From: Hemiscyllium ocellatum
Lineage: Eukaryota
DNA: 64,000 bases
Assembly: GCF_020745735.1 (NCBI RefSeq)
Contig: NC_083450.1
Coordinates: 10,661,883 to 10,725,882, forward strand
Reading direction: 5' to 3'
Below the pieces are notes generated by a model. It saw only the letters and a list, made by a program, of their open reading frames with translations, was not told the DNA's origin and did no database searches. This document shows positions 61,180 through 64,000 of the stretch, piece after piece; position 1 is the first letter of the stretch, and every line of letters starts with the position of its first letter. The translations under genes and the position numbers were made by a program.

Positions 61180-64000
61180 GAACTAAGAACAAAGAAAATT
61201 TACAGCCCAGGAACAGGCCCTTCCTCCCTCCAAGCCTGAGCCAATCCAAATCTACTGTCTCAACCTCCCGCCCAATTCCTCAGCATCTGTATCCCTCTGC
61301 TCCCCACCTACTCATGCATCTGTCCAGACGCATCTTAAATGAATCTACCGTGCCTGCCTCTACCACCTCTGCTGTCAACACATTCCAAACGCCCACCACC
61401 CTCTTTGTGAAGTACTGACCGCGTATATACCCCTTATCTTTTTACTTCTCACCTTGAAAGCGTGACCACTCGTTATTGATTCCTTCACCCTGGGGAAAAA
61501 AAAACTTGTCTCTGTCCACCCTGTCTATATTCTTCAAGGTTTTATAAACCTCAATCAGGTCCCCGCTCAATCTTCATTTCTCAAATGAAAATAAACCTAA
61601 CCTACTCAATCTCTTCATAACTAGCACCATTCATACCAGGTAGCATCCTCGTAAACCTTCTCTGCACCCTCTCCAAAGCGTCCACATCCTTTTCTTAATG
61701 TGGGGACCAGAACTTTACACAGTATTCTAAATGCGGTGGAACCAATCTCTTGCACGATTTTAACATGACTTGCCAGCTTTTATACTCAATACCCCGTCCA
61801 ATGAAGGCAAGCAAACTTTTTGCCTTCTTGACCAGTCTATCCACTTGTGTGGCAACCTTCAGGCTACAATGGACCTGCACTCCCAGATCTCTCTGCTCAT
61901 CAACTTTACCCAAGGCTCTTCCTGTCATTGTACAATTCATTCTAGAATTAATCTTGCCTAAATGCGTTATCTCACATTTGTCTAGATTTTCCGCCCAAAT
62001 CTCCAGTCTACCTATATCCTCCTGTATTCTCTGACAGTCCCATATGCTTTCTGCTACTCCACCAATCTTCGTGTCATCTGAAATTTTGCTGATCATACCG
62101 AAAGTTACCTCTTCCAGATTATTTATGTCCCCAACACTGACCTCTGTGGAACACCACTCATCACGTTCCTCCATTTCAAGAAACTCTCTTCAACTACTAC
62201 TCTCTGTCTCCTGTTACTCAACCAGTTCTTTATCCACTTAGCTGGGACACCTTGCACACCATGTGACTTCACTTTCTCTATTAGTTTATCATGGGGAACT
62301 TTATCAAACACCTTACTCACGTCCATGTATATCACGTCAACAGCCCTTCCTTTATTTATCAAATTGGTCACTTCTTCAAAGAACTCTATTAAGTTGGTAA
62401 AGCACGATCTACCCCGCACAATACCACTTGCCCATCACTGATGAGCCCATTATTTTCTAAAAATAACCTCTCCAGTAACTTTCCCACCACTGACGTCAGG
62501 CGCACTGGTCTGTAGTTACCTGGAATATCCGCACTACCCTTCTTGCACAGGGGAACAACATGAGAAACCCTGCCCTCATCCAGCACTTCACCTGTATTTA
62601 AGGATGCCACAAAGATAACTGTCAGGACCCCAGCTATTTCCTCTCTCGCCTCCCTCAGCAACCTGGGATAGATCCCACCCGGTCCTGGGGGTTTGTCCAC
62701 ATTAATAACCTCTAGCGTACCCAATGCATTTTCCCTACTTATGTTAACGTAATCCAGACTAATCAAACTTTTATCTCTAATCTCAACATTCATCATGTTC
62801 CTCTCCTCAGTGAACGCTGATGCAAAGTAATTCAGAATCTCACTCATTCCATCAGGTTCGATAACACAGCCTTCCTTCATTATCCTTTAGTGGACCAATC
62901 CTTCCTCTAGTTACCCGATTGCTGCTTATATAAGAATAAATTGCTTAGGAATTCTCCTTAATTCTGCTCCCTAAATCTATTTCATGATCCCTTTTAGCCT
63001 GCTTGATTGCTCGTTTAAGACTTGTTCTACGCTTCAAATATATAAAAAAAGACTGCAGATGCTGGAAACCAGATTCTGGATTGGTGGTGCTGGAAGAGCA
63101 CAGCGGTTCAGGCAGCATCTGAGGAGCAGTAAAATCGACGTTTCGGGCAAAATCCCTTCATCATGAATACAGGCAGAGCCTGAAGCGTGGAGAGATAAGT
63201 GAGACGAGGGGTGGGGAGAAGTTAGCATAGAGTACAATAGGTGAGTGGGGGAGGAGATGAAGGTGATAGGTCGGGGGAGGGTGGAGTGGATAGGTGGAAA
63301 AGAAGATAGGCAGGTAGGACAAGTCAGGACAAGTCATGGGGATAGTGTTGAGCTGGAAGCTTGGAATTGGGGTGAGGTGGGGGAAGACGAAATGAGGAAA
63401 CTGTTGAAGTCTACATTGATGCCCTGGGGTTGAAGTGTTCCGAGGCGGAAGATGAGGCGTTCTCTATATTCCAATATTCATCCAGGTCCCGTTCTGTTCA
63501 TAGCTGCGTAGACCTTATGTACACTTCCCTTTTCCTCTTGCCTAGTCGACCATTTTTCCTGTCAACCACGGTTCACAAATTTTGCCCTTCCTATCCTTTG
63601 CATTCAAGGGGACATGTCTATTCTTCACTATCTTTAACGTATCTCCCATCTCAAATGTGGACTTCCATTCAAATAGCTGTCTCCAATCCACCTTTCTGAG
63701 CTCCTGACTAATTTTGACACAATTGGACTTGGTCCAGTTTAGTACTCTTCCTTTAGGACAACTGTCTTCTTTATCTACGAGTATTCTAAAACGTACGGAG
63801 TTGTGGTCACTGTATCCAAATAAATTCCCCACCACAACTTCTACCAGCTGTCCTGTCTCGTTGCCCATTACCAGGTCCAATATGGCCCCTTCCCTCATCG
63901 AGCCATTGACATAGTGCTCTAGAGAAGTCTCATGGGCGCTTCTTACAAATTCGACGCCATCCAGACCTCTGACACTAAGTGCATCCCAGTCAGTGTTGTG
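61180..64000 (-). mobile_element. CR1 LINE (3' UTR, RT and upstream ORF2), continues beyond the window
   Basis: RGRSCFTNLIEFFEEV, SGVPQRSVLG, ISDDTK, LVPPHLEYCVKFWSPH, NYRPVRL and REGAILDLVMGN. (AGAACAA)n-like tail at ~61180. Confidence 0.93.
63043..63465 (-). mobile_element. Penelope (Neptune-type) 3' fragment inserted in the CR1
   Basis: Same 3' terminus as 54725-56115. Hammerhead-like motif at 63133-63167. Confidence 0.85.

Noticed and set aside
1-64000. Prokaryotic systems (CRISPR arrays, operons, defence islands)
   Set aside because: No regularly spaced repeat-spacer array and no gene-dense ORFs. The sequence is intron-containing vertebrate DNA.

Overview
Repeat-dense vertebrate DNA, almost certainly from an elasmobranch: it carries HE1-type V-SINEs, CR1 LINEs and Penelope-like elements typical of sharks. 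There are two assembly gaps. Most of the window is decayed CR1, Penelope-like and Gmr1-type gypsy sequence. The one host gene I can support is a six-exon minus-strand gene at 28173-31821, which I spliced by hand. It encodes a 302-aa antigen-receptor-like protein: leader, V domain with a germline-joined J-like strand, C1-set domain, uncharged transmembrane segment and a 41-aa tail with a TLYADL ITIM/ITSM-like motif. No RSS is associated with it. A diverged ~5 kb block next to the gene's 3' end (20.6-25.4 kb) recurs about 36 kb away (56.1-61.1 kb). This suggests a tandem cluster with a paralog just beyond the window end. Other points of interest are minimal hammerhead-ribozyme motifs at Penelope ends and two ~200-bp hairpin insertions, each flanked by a 14-bp target-site duplication. 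Exon boundaries were read base by base; most repeat boundaries are approximate.
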